Of a stretch of 64,000 bases of DNA, positions 19,366-33,300 are shown piece by piece. The stretch's first letter is position 1; the number at the start of each line of letters is the position of its first letter. A program made the translations under genes and the position numbers. The stretch is from Eledone cirrhosa (Eukaryota). The stretch spans positions 42,904,001 through 42,968,000 of the forward strand of contig OZ024745.1 of the NCBI GenBank assembly GCA_964016885.1, in the 5' to 3' direction. The notes beneath the pieces were generated by a model that was not told where the DNA came from, did not search any database, and saw only the letters and a program-made list of their open reading frames with translations.

Positions 19366-20183
19366 GCGTATTGACAAAATGTATTTAAATTTTTTTTTTT
19401 TTTTTTCTTGTCTTGAATGAATTAAATCACTGAATATAGATTCAATGTATGAACACGTTAAAATATAAAACGAAATCCAATGTAGAGTGATGTATTCTAA
19501 CTCAATCTGTTTTCTCTGCTTTTTACCAATTCTATTTTTTAGCTATTTCAACTTCCAATACTGCTGGATCAATAGAACGCACCCAATTATACTCTGGTGT
19601 CGATTCAATTCATTTTAACCCTCTACTCTACCTGAAAATGGTTTCGGATTTTATAAGAAGGAAGTATTGGATATATACTTAGGTAATGGGGTCTCATGCA
19701 GCCGTATGACATTTTAAACCAGCGGGGCCCATCTTCTCCATGTCAGAATACATCCGATTTCTTCCAGATAAAGAGAGAAAAAGAAAGAAACGACCCAGTA
19801 TCGGACTGGCACTTAATTTATCGACCTCGAAAGGATGAAAGGCAAGGTTGACCTCGGTGAGATTTGAACACAGAGTGCAATGAACAGGAAAAAATACTGA
19901 AGAATTTTTAATCCGACGCCCTATCGATTCTGCCAATTCACCGCTTCTTTGGATACATACATACTTGCATAGAAATAAAATGGCCAGCTAACACGCTATT
20001 TACAAATGCTATCTGTAAGCCGGTGGCGAATTGGCAGAGTCGTTAGAACGTCGGGTAGAATGATTTGCGGTATTCGTTTCGAATCTCTATTTTCTGATTT
20101 CAATTCTCGCCGGGGTCAACTTTGCTTTTCATCCATTCGAGGTCGATAAAATAAAGTACCAGTCAAGTATTGGAGTCGATTCT

Positions 20184-20215
<32 letters not shown>

Positions 20216-20222
20216 CTCTCTC

Positions 20223-20257
<35 letters not shown>

Positions 20258-21833
20258 GTCTTTCCTTCTCTGGAAGAAATCTGTTCTATTCAGACCTGGA
20301 GAGTATTGGGTTCCACCAGGTTTAAGAATGCCCTAGAAACGCTGTATATCAATACGGCGTCCCTACGACTCCCTCAACAGTTACGGGACTATGTATGCAT
20401 CTGTAAGCCAAACAGTAAAAATAGGCAAGACGCTTTTAAAAATTAAACATTTTGGCGATGGTGCTCGATTTCTTTGTAAGAAACCAACTCGTTTCTTATA
20501 GGAATAATCCAAATAAATCGAAAAAGAAATAAAGATAACATATAGATATAATGCTTGCTTCATCTTAGAATTCATTGTTCAGTCAATTTGTGTTCGCTGC
20601 CGTATGGCCATATGCTCTGAAATGATTTTTTTTTTTAATGAAGCAATGAGACAATATTTACATAAGAAAAGAAAAGAGCAAAATAGAGAACACCAGAATA
20701 GATAAATGAACCAAACGTTAAATATATTTATTACAGAGAATTAGTTAACAGAAATAAATAAATTCTCAAGTTGCAGCTAGACATATCGTTAACATTTCAA
20801 TATTTACATAGTAAAGAAGGGTAGTGGATTGGCAGAATTAGTTGAGCGTCAAACACAAAACTATTGCGGTATTTGTTCTAGCTCTTTACATCGAGGTTAA
20901 CTTTGCCTTTCATCTTTCTGGAGTCAATGAAATGAAATACCAGTCAAGTACTAGGGTTGATTTAATCAAGTTTGCCCTTCACCCAAATTTAGTGGTGCTT
21001 GTGCTTAAATTAGAAATCAATATTTACATAGCAAAAGAAAAGAGCAAAATAATGGAAAACATCAGACAAGTCTATTGGATATTACATGTATTATTATTAA
21101 TATTCGAAGTTAGCTTTGCCTTTCTTCTTTACGGGGTCGGGGTCAATAAAATAAAGTACCAGTAACGCACCGGGATCGATTTAATCGACTTTCCCCTACC
21201 ACAAAAATATTTGCTGGCCTTGTGCCTAAATCCGAAACCATTATTATTATTATTATTATTATTATGGAATGACAGTATAGGTACAGCGTCGGACAACATC
21301 CCTTTACGTTCAAATCCCGCCAAGGTTAGCTTTGCCTGCCATCCTTACGGGGTAGATAAAATAATGCACCAGTAATGCACTGGTGTCAATTTAATCGACT
21401 TTAACCTCCTCCGAAATTACGGGCTTTATACTTAAAGTAAAAACCAGTATTACTTGCATAACCTGTCAGATTTTTTTAAACAGGATGACATGTTTTTCAA
21501 ATTAAGTTACTATGGAATTCTTTATACTTTGTATAGTAATTAATTTTCAAAAACAGTCGAAACATTTATGAAGTATTTTAATAATAGGACTCTTATAAAA
21601 TCTAACTATTAAAACAAGTTGCATTTTTTGTAGATACATTTGTATATTGAGGAATAACTAGTGCAAAATAATACTTTGTAATTGTGCTATAATGGTAACA
21701 CTCCCAGAAATATCAGCTGAAACAAATAAAATCAGAATCATTAAGCCATTTTGTGCTCCTTAAGATTAAACAAAACAAAATGGATAGGAACATCGAAACC
21801 ATAACAATGGAACATCATTGTATAAAATTATCT

Positions 21834-21901
21834 TGCGCATGCGCATTGAGTCCTTATTAAGCATATTCATAAAACACGCTCTTCTAAAGAATCATCACGT
21901 G
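21834..21901. promoter_or_regulatory. Perfect NRF1/Ewg-type palindrome TGCGCATGCGCA plus E-box CACGTG
   Basis: TGCGCATGCGCA at 21834-21845 and CACGTG at 21896-21901 in CpG-poor DNA; function not shown. Confidence 0.3.
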
Positions 21902-22207
21902 GTCAAGTTTCAAGTGAAGGAAGCAATAAATTTGAATACCTTTTATTTGATATTTAACAGGTAATTTGACAAAAGTCAGCACATTTGATTAACCCTTTTA
22001 ATATCAACCCAGTCAAAACTGACTTTAGTTCTATGAAACAAAACCACCCATTTTAAAGGGTTCCTATTTAATTTTATATACGAACCATATGTTATATTAC
22101 TATCTTAGACATAAAGTTAATGATAATTTTAGTAAATCCCTTGAAATTCTTCCTTAATTAACTGAAATACAGTATAGTTCATGTATATTTATAATTCATT
22201 AGAAATA

Positions 22208-23375
22208 CTAGCAGAATAACCACCCTTCGGGTGGTTTTCTGCTAGCATGTGTAGTGTGTATATTGATATTATACGCAAGTATATATACATGTAGATATGA
22301 TACATCTGTAGTAATCTACATTCCGCGGGCTCACATACATTCTCTGTGCGTGATTTGGCTCAGTTCAGCCAATCAGCGCCAGTAGAAGAGGATGTATCCC
22401 TACGCGCCCTGAGGAAGAAATTCCCCGCGAAGATTTGAAGAATCTCTCTCTTGTACCAGAAACTTCGAGCCAGCAACACGCATAATGTAACAGTGAGATA
22501 TTGCACCCCTAGCCTCGCCGGCTTAACGGCGCAATGGCACATTCCCTTTTGTAACCTCTTTTTATCTGTAACTTCAACCATATAAATAAACATACATTTC
22601 ATCTCTAATTACTGCTGTTGAAATCATTGTTATGTTACTCGTGTCTCAATGACATCTATAATCCATGCTGCTGGAATTGGCGACCTGACGAAAGGAATAT
22701 GGTAAATTGATCGAGGGACCTTCCCTCACGTCTATGTCAACAAGATAATCCAACGAGGATACTATCACTTACCACACTGGCAACTAACGACCTTCAATCA
22801 TCTACCCTGTTAAAGTGACGACCACTGATTCAACCACCCTGCTAAAGCGGCGATAACATCAACAACCAATACTGCTAAACATCAAATAAAATCGTAATTG
22901 ACAATATACACAGAAATTGAACGAAGACTACGTTACACTGTCTTATTTAATCAGTAACGTAATCCATGATACATTAAAAAAGACGATATTATATATAAAT
23001 TGTATTAGGAGAAAATGAGTGACAGAAAATTAGTATGTTTATTTAAACGATCGCCAACCGGAAGTGTTGACATTTCAGAAATTTTTAAAGAAGTGAATCT
23101 TTAAATAAACAAAACATATTTAATCAATAGCAGCGAAATTTAGTAAATGAATTATGTAATATTCATTCAATATTTATTCCCGCCGAGGTTTACTTTGCCT
23201 TTCATCCTTATGGGGTCGATAAAATAAAGTACCAGTAATGTACTGGGTATTTGCTGGCCTTGTGCCAAAAGTAGAAACAATTATTTATTCAAAGTAATCC
23301 AACTTATTTTACTAATGGGATAAAAAATTATAAACCGTACGCAGTCTCGCGCTTCTCCCTTTATTATAGTTTAGA
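22208..23375 (-). mobile_element. Non-autonomous Helitron family B, copy 1
   Basis: 5' A|TCTAAACTATAATAAAG, 3' palindrome ...CCACCCGAAGGGTGG..TTCTGCTAG|T; both ends shared with 56185-58273. Confidence 0.7.
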
Positions 23376-23419
23376 TGGTCACGAAAAGGTTTTTAAGAAA
23401 GTTATTAAATTCGACAGTC

Positions 23420-23740
23420 CTACTATCGGTACACATACTTCTCGACCTCTGTGCTTCCAACCATAACGCTTTGGCTACAAATCCGAGCTCTGTTGCTCGC
23501 AATACAGAGGAGAGGAAGATTGTTAAATACCGAGGCATGGCCAAGTGCTTCCTCTTTGTACCGATTTCTGTCGAGACCTCTGGTGTTCTTGGTCCCTGCA
23601 CTGCTGATTTCCTCCGTAAAATCGGAAAGGCGACAGGAGAGATCCCTGTGAGGTGGGGTGGCTGTTGCAGCGGGTGTCTCTGGCCATTTTCCGAGGTAAT
23701 GCCTTTGCCAATTTTGTCTGCGGGGTGCTGCTGAGACACC
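23420..23740 (+). mobile_element. CRE-like retrotransposon 3' end fragment
   Basis: EERKIVKY...FVPISVETSGVLG...FLRKIG, homologous to 57128-57600. Confidence 0.7.
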
Positions 23741-25606
23741 AATCTGACTGGGGTGTGATGTCTACCCCTCCCTCTCTCTTTTTATTTCGTTGATTCTTTT
23801 TTCTTTTTTTTCTTTTCATTTCCTTTTTTCCCTTTAATAGTGTGTTTTGTTTTTGTATAAACAGCTTTTTAAAATAAAATTAGGTGTTGCAAATAAAATA
23901 AGAGCGGTAAAATAATATTAGTGCAGGCTTTAGAAGGTTGTCCTCCAGCCACAAAACTATTTACAATATTATTGTAGCATCATCATTATCGTAGTCACCG
24001 TTTAACGCCTATTTTTCCATGCTTGCATGTGTTAGACGGGTTATTAGGTTATGAGATAATTTAGGTCCATGTCTTGCTATGTATCTGTATTTTGGCTTGG
24101 TTTCTACGGCTGGTTGCCCTTCCTAACGTCAACCATGTTACAGTGTGGAATGGGCGCTTTTTATCGTGGCACCAAAACGACTATCTAACAGGGTGGATTG
24201 AGTGCTTTTTCGTCATGTCACCGACACAACCACCCTGCAGGGTGGACTGGGTGCTTTTTTCTCTCGTGTCACCAGCATGACCACCTTACAGGGTAGATTA
24301 GGTGCCTCTAGTGTCACTAGCACGACCGCTTTCCAGGACGGATTTATGGCTTTTTTGTTGTGGCAGCAGCATTGTGGAAGATCAGATGTGGAGCATGCCC
24401 AGTTTTCTATGCTTATATGTATGGGTTGGGCAGGAGATGTGTATCAAGGGTGAGGAGTGAGGGTTGGGGAATGAGTGAGCATGTTGGAAATGGACATTAT
24501 GGGAGGAGGGTGAAAAGATTTGGAGAATGTCCAGCTTTCCATGCTTGTACATATGGGTTGAACAGGACAGGAGAGAAACCTCAGGAGTGTGTAAGGTAGA
24601 GAGAGGAGGAAGTTTGCAAATTCAACATGGATGAGATGAGAGATATTTAGTTGCTGAAAGCAGAGTATTAAAACTGGGAAGAGTGGATAGGGGAGGAGTA
24701 GGGAGACGATTGGTGTGAGCTAGTGTCCTCTACATGTTTGTTTCATCCTGAGCATATGGGAAGGAAGATTTCTGCAGTACAGCATAACACTAGGTGTATA
24801 TATATACATATATATATGTTTGTGTGTGCCACAATGTCAGATGAGGAGAGTGGGAGTGCTCTAGTGGGAGGGATTAAAAAACGAAAGAGAGAGAGGGAGT
24901 GAGAGACTGAGTGAGAAGAAATGAGAGAAGGGGAGTTAGAAGATATTAGAGGGAAGGGGGAGGGGAGGGGAGAAAGACAGCTCTAATCAACATTTAAGTA
25001 ATAGGTGGATCATGGGTGGGTATCCAGCCATAGAATACCTTCAAAACAAAAGGTAGAGAGAATTCTTCCATTGTGTCATAGACATGGTAACTTTTCTAGT
25101 GTTTATGACCTGATACATACAGTTAGTACTCTCTGTGAAGTGGTCGGTGATAGGAAGGGTTGAGAGGACCCTTCAATCACAACTCTACGTCTCCAATAAA
25201 ACCTGTGTTAAAAGGAAGGAAGGATATCCAGCTGTAGAAACCATGCCAAAAAAGGTTGAAAGGATTCTTCTATTTTGACAAAGACTTGGTAACTTCTCTA
25301 GTGTTGATGACATGATACACATACTTAGTACAGACTGTGAAGTGGTTGGTGCTATGAAAGGTATCCAGCCATGGAATACTTGCTGAAGTGTAGACAAGAT
25401 TCTTCAGTTGTGTCAAATACAAGATGCCGATAGTGCTAGTGCTATAATAAAATACATGCTGCACTCTGTAAGGTGCAGGAATGTATGTAAATGAGATGCG
25501 GCCCCCATTAAATACTGACTTGATCTCTACATCCAACTCCTGCTAGAAAGGAAAACAGATGTCAAATGATGATGGTGGTGGTGATGATATGCCAACCCAA
25601 CAATTA

Positions 25607-25799
25607 CTGTATATACTCAAATATAAGCCAAGGAATATGTGACCAAAAAAACAATGGTAAAATGGGAGGGGGTCAGTTTATATACACCATCTAAACAATG
25701 TGTTGATTAGCTGCCTTGGCTCATAAATGGGGTTGGGATTTTTGCAAATTTTTCAAACATAAAATAAGGGGGCAGTCACTTATATTCGAGTATACACGG
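25607..25799. mobile_element. Tc1/pogo-type MITE (partial copy near 27962-28080)
   Basis: TA|CTGTATATACTCAAATATAAG ... CTTATATTCGAGTATACACGG|TA. Confidence 0.7.
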
Positions 25800-27229
25800 T
25801 AAATAAATAATAAATTAAACAAATAATTAATTAAATATCAAAGCAACTAAAATATTCACAAAAACAAACACAAAGTGTTTATAAAATAATTGTTTTTATT
25901 ACCATGATCAAAATTGAAATGTGTACACAGAATTTATATCAATAATGACAAGAGAAGGGCCAACAAATTGGCTGAGTCATTAGAATGTCAGATAGAATGC
26001 TTTGTGTTATTCATTCTGGCTCTTTGCACTCTGAGTTCAAATCCCACTGAAATCAACATTGCTTTTCATCTTTTCGAGGTCAATAAAAAAGTACCAGTTC
26101 AGTACTGGAGTCAAATTTTTTTAATTTTTCTCCTTCTTGTTTCCTCTGTATCACTTTCTCTCTCTCCTTCTCTAAATGAAATCCTCTGTGTTCAAACCTG
26201 AAGAGAGATGGCGTCTACCAGGTTTTTTAAATGCTCAAGATATGCCAAATGTCACTACGGCACCTGTATGACTGCACCAAGAGTTACAGGTCCATATACA
26301 TACAATGACAACAAAAAATAAAGTATATTCATTATATTGTATATCAATTAGACTTATATCATTGCTTTAAAAATTATACTTTTTATAAGAAAGAACAAAG
26401 TCTCAGAAAGCTGTGTGGCCTTCATGCTGTACTCAATGACATTGACAATGTCAACTGAAATGGCTTCAACTAAGAAGTGAACCAAGATTATGAATTTAAC
26501 CTAACAAGAGCTTACTTCTACGGTATGGCACTCACCACATGACAAAAATACTGATTTCTAATTCAGGACGAAGGGCAAAATTGATTAAATAAACCCCAGA
26601 ACTTAACTGGTACTTTATTTTTTTTACCCCAGTAGATGAAAGACAAAGTTAATCTCAGCAGAATTTGAACTCAGAATGTAAAGAGCCAAAACAAATACTG
26701 CAATGGTATTTTATCCAATTTGCCAATTGACCACCTTTTATGACAACAAAAAATATTATAATAAATGTACACAAGTCAGCTGAAAAGTTCATAAGTTGAC
26801 TATGAACGAGTGATGCTAGAGCTGTGAAATCTTGCATGCATTAATTTCAACTCTTCTTATTGGTAGCTGCATTGTTTCTTTCCAAGGACTATGTAGAAAA
26901 ATAAACCTCATTTGGTCATTCCATGAGAGTATCTTGGACAGCCTATGAACTTTTCAGTCGACCCTCGTATACTGACTATATTGTATTCAATAAAAACATA
27001 TATCAATGTTTTTAAGAAAGATTATGGAATCAAAAAATCCCCCTCCCCCCCTCTCCACCCTCCGAAAAAATATCTATATATTTCTTATTTAAAATATGAA
27101 ACAAATCAAATTAGGATGATTGAATCGATTGGTAAATGATTGAAAACAATCAAAAAGATTTTACTGGTGACAGTATTATTTCTGCATTATAAAATATGCT
27201 CCAGAGAGTTCCTGTTTCCCGACTGGATT

Positions 27230-27342
27230 TCACTGTTGTGTTTCTTTAATGAAGTCATCTACCAGTTCTTCAAGTATAGACAGAGATACATTGCCTGCTT
27301 TCAAAACAACATCATGGAACTCTCGAATATCAAATTTGTCAC
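27230..27342 (-). CDS. DUF885 gene last coding exon
   Basis: ttgtAG; 2 nt + [36 protein letters not shown]-stop (TGA). Confidence 0.93.
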
Positions 27343-30300
27343 CTACAAATAAATATAATATCTTTTCTAAACAAACATTGCTCTGCCAAATGGAAATATA
27401 GTAAAAATTATAAAAGAATACTGTATGTAGTAAAGAAGTCATTAATGGCACATTAGGTCAACATTTGTCACACCAAGCCATGGTCACTGTGACAAGGGGT
27501 CCTTGTGACTAAGGAAGTCATTGCAACAAAAAATTAGGATTAGCAAAGATTTCTAAGCCAAGGAAAGTTGATTATATCAACCCAAGTTCTTTGTCAGTAA
27601 TTTATTTTCTTGATCTCAGAAAGATGAAAGGCAAAGTTGATCTCAAAACATCAAGAACTAGAACAAATACTGCTAAACATTTGTTCAATGCTCTCACGAC
27701 TCTGCCAATCCCAAATACACAAAATAAGGTGATGGAAAACATAAAATAAGGCAATGAATTGCCAAAGTTGTTAGGGTGTCAGATTAAATACCTCATGGTA
27801 TTTGTTCTGGTTTCCTGCACTCTCAGTTCAAATCCCACTAAAGTAGCAGTTGAAGGTAATGGAAGAATTGCTAGAGCACCGTATGTGATTGATGCCTTGT
27901 AATATCTCTTTTAGCTCTTTGTGTTGTTGAGTTCACATGTGACATCATTGTCACCAAGCTATACTCTATATACTTGTAAATAAGCCAAGAAATAGATGAC
28001 AAAAAAAAAAGAAAATCGATGGTAAAATGGGTGGACGTTGGCTTATATTCAAGGTCAACATTTTGCTGATTTTCACCAACTTCAAATTCTACGTAAAGAA
28101 GGTGCTAAAGTATCACAAAAAAAGATGGAATAGCTAATTATTTGCGTATCAAGGTAACTGATACAATGCCAAGAGCAAAATATTACAAACAATCCTGAAT
28201 GAACCTTAACCCTCTTCTCTATAGTCTAAAGGAAAGTACCCAACCATCATATCAGATCAAAGAAATATTTCTATTGGTCTTTCCCTTGCTGATACTATTG
28301 GTAGACAGCAGAAAGGAACTGGATTTCAACTCAGAATGCACAGAAACTATTCAAATAACCCAGAGCATCCCCTCCAACTCTTTAACAATCCTCTCAATCT
28401 ACCATTCCTGGACTAGTAAATTATCAACCTCAAGAGGGTAAAAGGAAAAGCTGACTTCAGTGAGATTGGAACTTAGAGTACAGAGAGCTAGACTAAATAC
28501 AGAAACATTTAATATCACAAATCTACTAATTCACTACCTAAATCACCCATAACCACAAAAATATAACAAATATTTACCTAGTTCCTTTTCAGCTTTCCTT
28601 CGATACTCCCAAATTTTCAACTCGCCAATTTTGTAACCAAGAGCCTGCAAAATGAGAGATAGTCAAATAGATTCATAGTATTTAATAGATGTTAAATTTA
28701 TTAGAAGGAAATACAATTGTTTCTACTTTTGGCACATTCTCAATGAGAAACAACACAGTAAAACATTTAATAACTATAAAATGAATGTCTAGTATTCAAA
28801 AATAATTCATAGAAAATCATAAAAATGTTTCTTATTAAAGCTATTGGCTCAAAACACTGGTGTATCAGATGTTTCTTTTGATAACACAGCAACATAACCA
28901 GCTTTGGGAGAGAGTGTGTGTGTGTGTGTGTGTGTGTGCGTGTGTGTAATCATCATGATTATCATTTAATGTTTGTTAGGAGAGAGAGACACGCACACAC
29001 ACTATTTGTGTGTGCACGCGTGTGTATGCATGTGTGTGTGTGCGCGTATTTGTGTGCATGTTTTAGTTGACAATATTAACCAAGTGTTTTTAAACAGGAT
29101 TATCCCTTTTAGTATCGTTGATCTCTGAGAAATTTTAAAATAAAGTCGATACCATCAGAATTTGAACACCGAGAATTACGTTATTAAATAAACACCACGA
29201 AGCACCTGCTTCGGTGTTATATATTCATATGTACAAATATCGTCAAGAATCGCACGTATATATTCAAGATTCCTACGTAAGGGAGGCAACTTTCAATTTA
29301 CTGCAAAGCGCTATAAACGTAATTACCTCCCTTGCAAATTAAAGTTTTATCGAGGGAATAGCATTAAAGCTTATTAGATAGCACTAACCCTTTAGCATTT
29401 ACATTACTTTATATATACTATTGTATTTTCACAGTAAAGGTTTTACCTCACATAATTATCTCACATAATATCGAATCTGTGAGATTTTGATATTATTTAT
29501 TTTGAGAACAATACATTAACATCAATATGAGCAGCCAATTACAGCTGGTTTCAACAGAAATAGGTGAGAGAATTCTGGCTGAATAGTCGGTTTAAATGCT
29601 AAAGGGTTAAAGCTTGCCATTAAATCGTTATTCCCTCATGAGCATAGTATCAATGTTCTACAACAACAATGGAGGTAATTTAGCAATGTAGGTAATAAGC
29701 AAACTGAAAATAAAGAGAATGGCGACAGTTTAGCCCAAGGTCATCCTTAATTCAGCTGAACTATACATTTTTTTATTTTCTCGGGTTTACTATATCCCGA
29801 TGGATCCCCTGGTGAAATTGGTATGGTCATCTGAGAATGGTGAAATTCATGTGATTGGTGGTCAGCTAGAATTGTAGCTTAACTTTTGTTGGTCATCTGA
29901 GACTGATGAATTTGATGTGGTTGCTGGTCAGATAGGAGAACTATAGCTCAATGTTGTTAGAAAAATCATGAATAAGGAAGGAATTCTGGAGATTTTATGG
30001 TTTAGGTGAGAAAAGGATTAATCCATGGAATCTATGAGGTGAAATAAAGTCAGTCGCACAAGGAGGAAAGAGATTTCTCAACAATGAATAATTGTTTTTA
30101 CTTTAGGCACAAAGCCAAAAAATTTTTTTTTTTTTTTTTCTGAGTGGGGGTCAATTAAATCAGCCCCAGTACTTACAGGTACTTTATTTTATCAATCCCA
30201 TAAGGATGAAAGGCAAAGCTAACCTTGGCAGGATTTGAAATCAGAACGTAAAGGGTCGTATCTCTATGCCGCAAAGCATGTTGTCCAATGCCCTACTGAT

Positions 30301-33300
30301 ATTGCCAATCCCCTGCCTTAATAATAACGGTTTCATATATAGGCACAAGGCCAGCAATTTTGAGGGAGAGGAAGTCGATTAAAGCAACTCCAGTGCGTGA
30401 CTGGTACTTTATTTTATCGACCCCATAAGGATGAAAGGCAAGGTTAACCTCAGTGGGGTTTGAACTCAGATCATAAAGGGACGTAACTCCATGCTGCAAA
30501 GCATGGCGACCGATCCTCTACCAATACTGCCAATCCACCGCCTTAATAATAATGATAATAATAATTCATGAGAAGATACATGTCAAGTGAATAATAGAAA
30601 TATTGTGTGGAAGTTGCCCAATTTTACCTGTCCAGGCCATGTAATATAACGATCAATTTCATTTGAAATGAACCAGGAATCTAGAGGACAGTTTTTATTC
30701 ATATAATCAATTGCCTTCTGACGTGACCACCTGAAGATAAAACATATTGTTTGTTAATGGATAGCTTTCTAATGTAACAATCTAAATCGTTTTACAAAAA
30801 AATATTTCTTGGAAGACATTTAAACACACACAAGTTATCATTATAGATTTTAAGTTCACATTTTCTATGCTTGCAATGAGTTGGACTGGACATTTTGAGG
30901 CAAAAATTTTACAGCCAGTTATCCTTTTAAGTGCTGTACCTATTCCAAAAACCAAGATACACAAACATAAATAAATGCTTGCACACCTACACATACACAT
31001 ATATATTGAGAGGGTTTATATATCAAATTATAACTGTAAGTTTGACAGTATAATATTCTACTAGCCATAAAATATATACATATGGATGTATGGACATGTA
31101 ACCCCTAGTAGAGTTGTAGGGGCACTATAAGTGACATACAATATTTCTTGGGCATTTTGTTTAAGCCCAGCAGAGTCCATTCCCTCACTAAATCTGAATA
31201 CAGCCAATTTCTACCTGAGTAAAGAAAGAGAGTGATAGAGAGGAAGTGAGAAAGAGATATAGAGTAAGAATCAACCACAGTACTATACTAGTACTTTTTT
31301 TTAATCAACCTTGGAAAGATGAAAGGTAAAGTTGACCGTGACAGGATTTGAACTCAGAGTACAGAGGACCAGAATGAATATCGCAAAGTATTCTATCCAA
31401 TGTTCTAATTTGCCACCCGAGCCATAAAATATATACACCTACAACTCATGAAACTCCCAGAATATGTCAAAGGAACCAACCAAAAGAAACCAATACAATA
31501 ATAAACTCTAATGTGGACAAACATGATTCCACAAATTGCTATGACTGCATCAAAATCTAATTCCACAACCCTACACTCTACAGAGCTTGAAAAGGTTATC
31601 ACTATCATCAATTATTATGTCTACTTTTCCATATGAGCATGATTTGGATGGGTCAATTCCATTACAGTGTCTCTGCAATTAATGTTATAATTGTTCCATA
31701 TCTTTTATCATAGGCTAAGCATTTTGAAATAAGCTCTTACTAATTCTACTCTCAACTCCTTTAGTCTTCCACTTTTGCAGGCTCCTTCTGCCTGCATCAT
31801 TAGGAACTTTCTCTCACATGTGTACATTTTGGGTAATATCCATGAAACATCTAACTGATAGGAATAGCAATCTGCTTTTATTTACTAATACTCCATAAAG
31901 TTTAGGTCCCCAAGTTGTATCCACTCGTCTACCCTCATTGTAAAGGTTTCTGATCATAACTTGTTAACTCAATACACCCATGACTATCCCACTCCTCCAA
32001 TATCACAAAACATTTAACAATTCAGCCAAATGACAAGATTTTGAGATTAAACTCTCTTACAAGGTTGTGAGTTTCATTGCTTGTGTTGCGACACTAACAA
32101 AGTTACAATCAGTTTAACAAAAAATAGATGTTACCTTTACATCATAGTTGAGTTAGCAGAAGAAAATGCAATGAACAATAAAATTATTTATAAATCTAAA
32201 ACAGTAAACATTACACAATCATCATCATCATACTCCTTAAACTCCACTTAGTCCTTTCATTACCATATTTCCAATGAAAAACACTGCCTATGATTTTAAA
32301 TTATTTTTTTAAATAATCAAGAACTCGGAGAGATTTAGTAATATAACAAACTTTCCCATTATTAAGATGTTTGAAACAAAGATTGTTACATAGAATTATA
32401 ATTGTTTCTACTTTTGGCACAAGGCCAGCAATTACCCCAGTACATTACTGGTACTTTATTTTATCGACCTCGTAAGGATGAAAGGCAAAGTTAACCTCGA
32501 CGGGATTTGAACTCCGTGCTGTAAAGCATGGTGTCTGACGCTCTACCGATAGTGCCAATTCACCGCCCTCACATAGAATTATAATGGAAAGATTTAAGAT
32601 AAAAAGATACATTTTCAAATAAACTGTTTTCATTCATAGGATCAGGGGCAGTTTCAGGCAGTTTGATATCAAATGGATTGAGTTTTTTATTAATTGTTTT
32701 TTTTTTCTTTTAACTACATCAGATAATATAGAATTAACTTGAAAATGAAGACTTACCCAAAAGCATGAATTCCAGTATCAACCACAAGACGACATGCCCG
32801 ATGTATTTCGAAATGATAACGGCCCAACCTAAATGTATAGAAGTTTTTAATTTACACAAAAGAAGCATTCTTTTAAATGCAGGGAAAACAAACATTAAAT
32901 GATAATGATGGTGGTGGTGGCGGTGATGATGATGGAGGTGGTGATGGTGGTGATGATGATGATTGTGGAGTAGGAGGGGTGGCAGTAGTGGTGGTGGTGG
33001 TGGTGATGATGGGGATGATGATAATACTATTTCTAAAAGTAAGAGGTGAATTAAAAATTAAATTTTCTGAAATACTTTCTGACTTAAAATGTTTCTCACT
33101 TGCATTACAGAACTAATAACAATAACTAGTAACTATCACACTATCACAAGTTCATTGCTCTACCTATTTTGATATCTGCTATTATAATAGTGTCAAAGAC
33201 TTTTCTAAATGACAATAATAAATGATTGATGTAGAAACATTTCATCACTATTTACTCTACTATTTTAATTAATGTTTTAACCCTTTAACATTTACATTAC

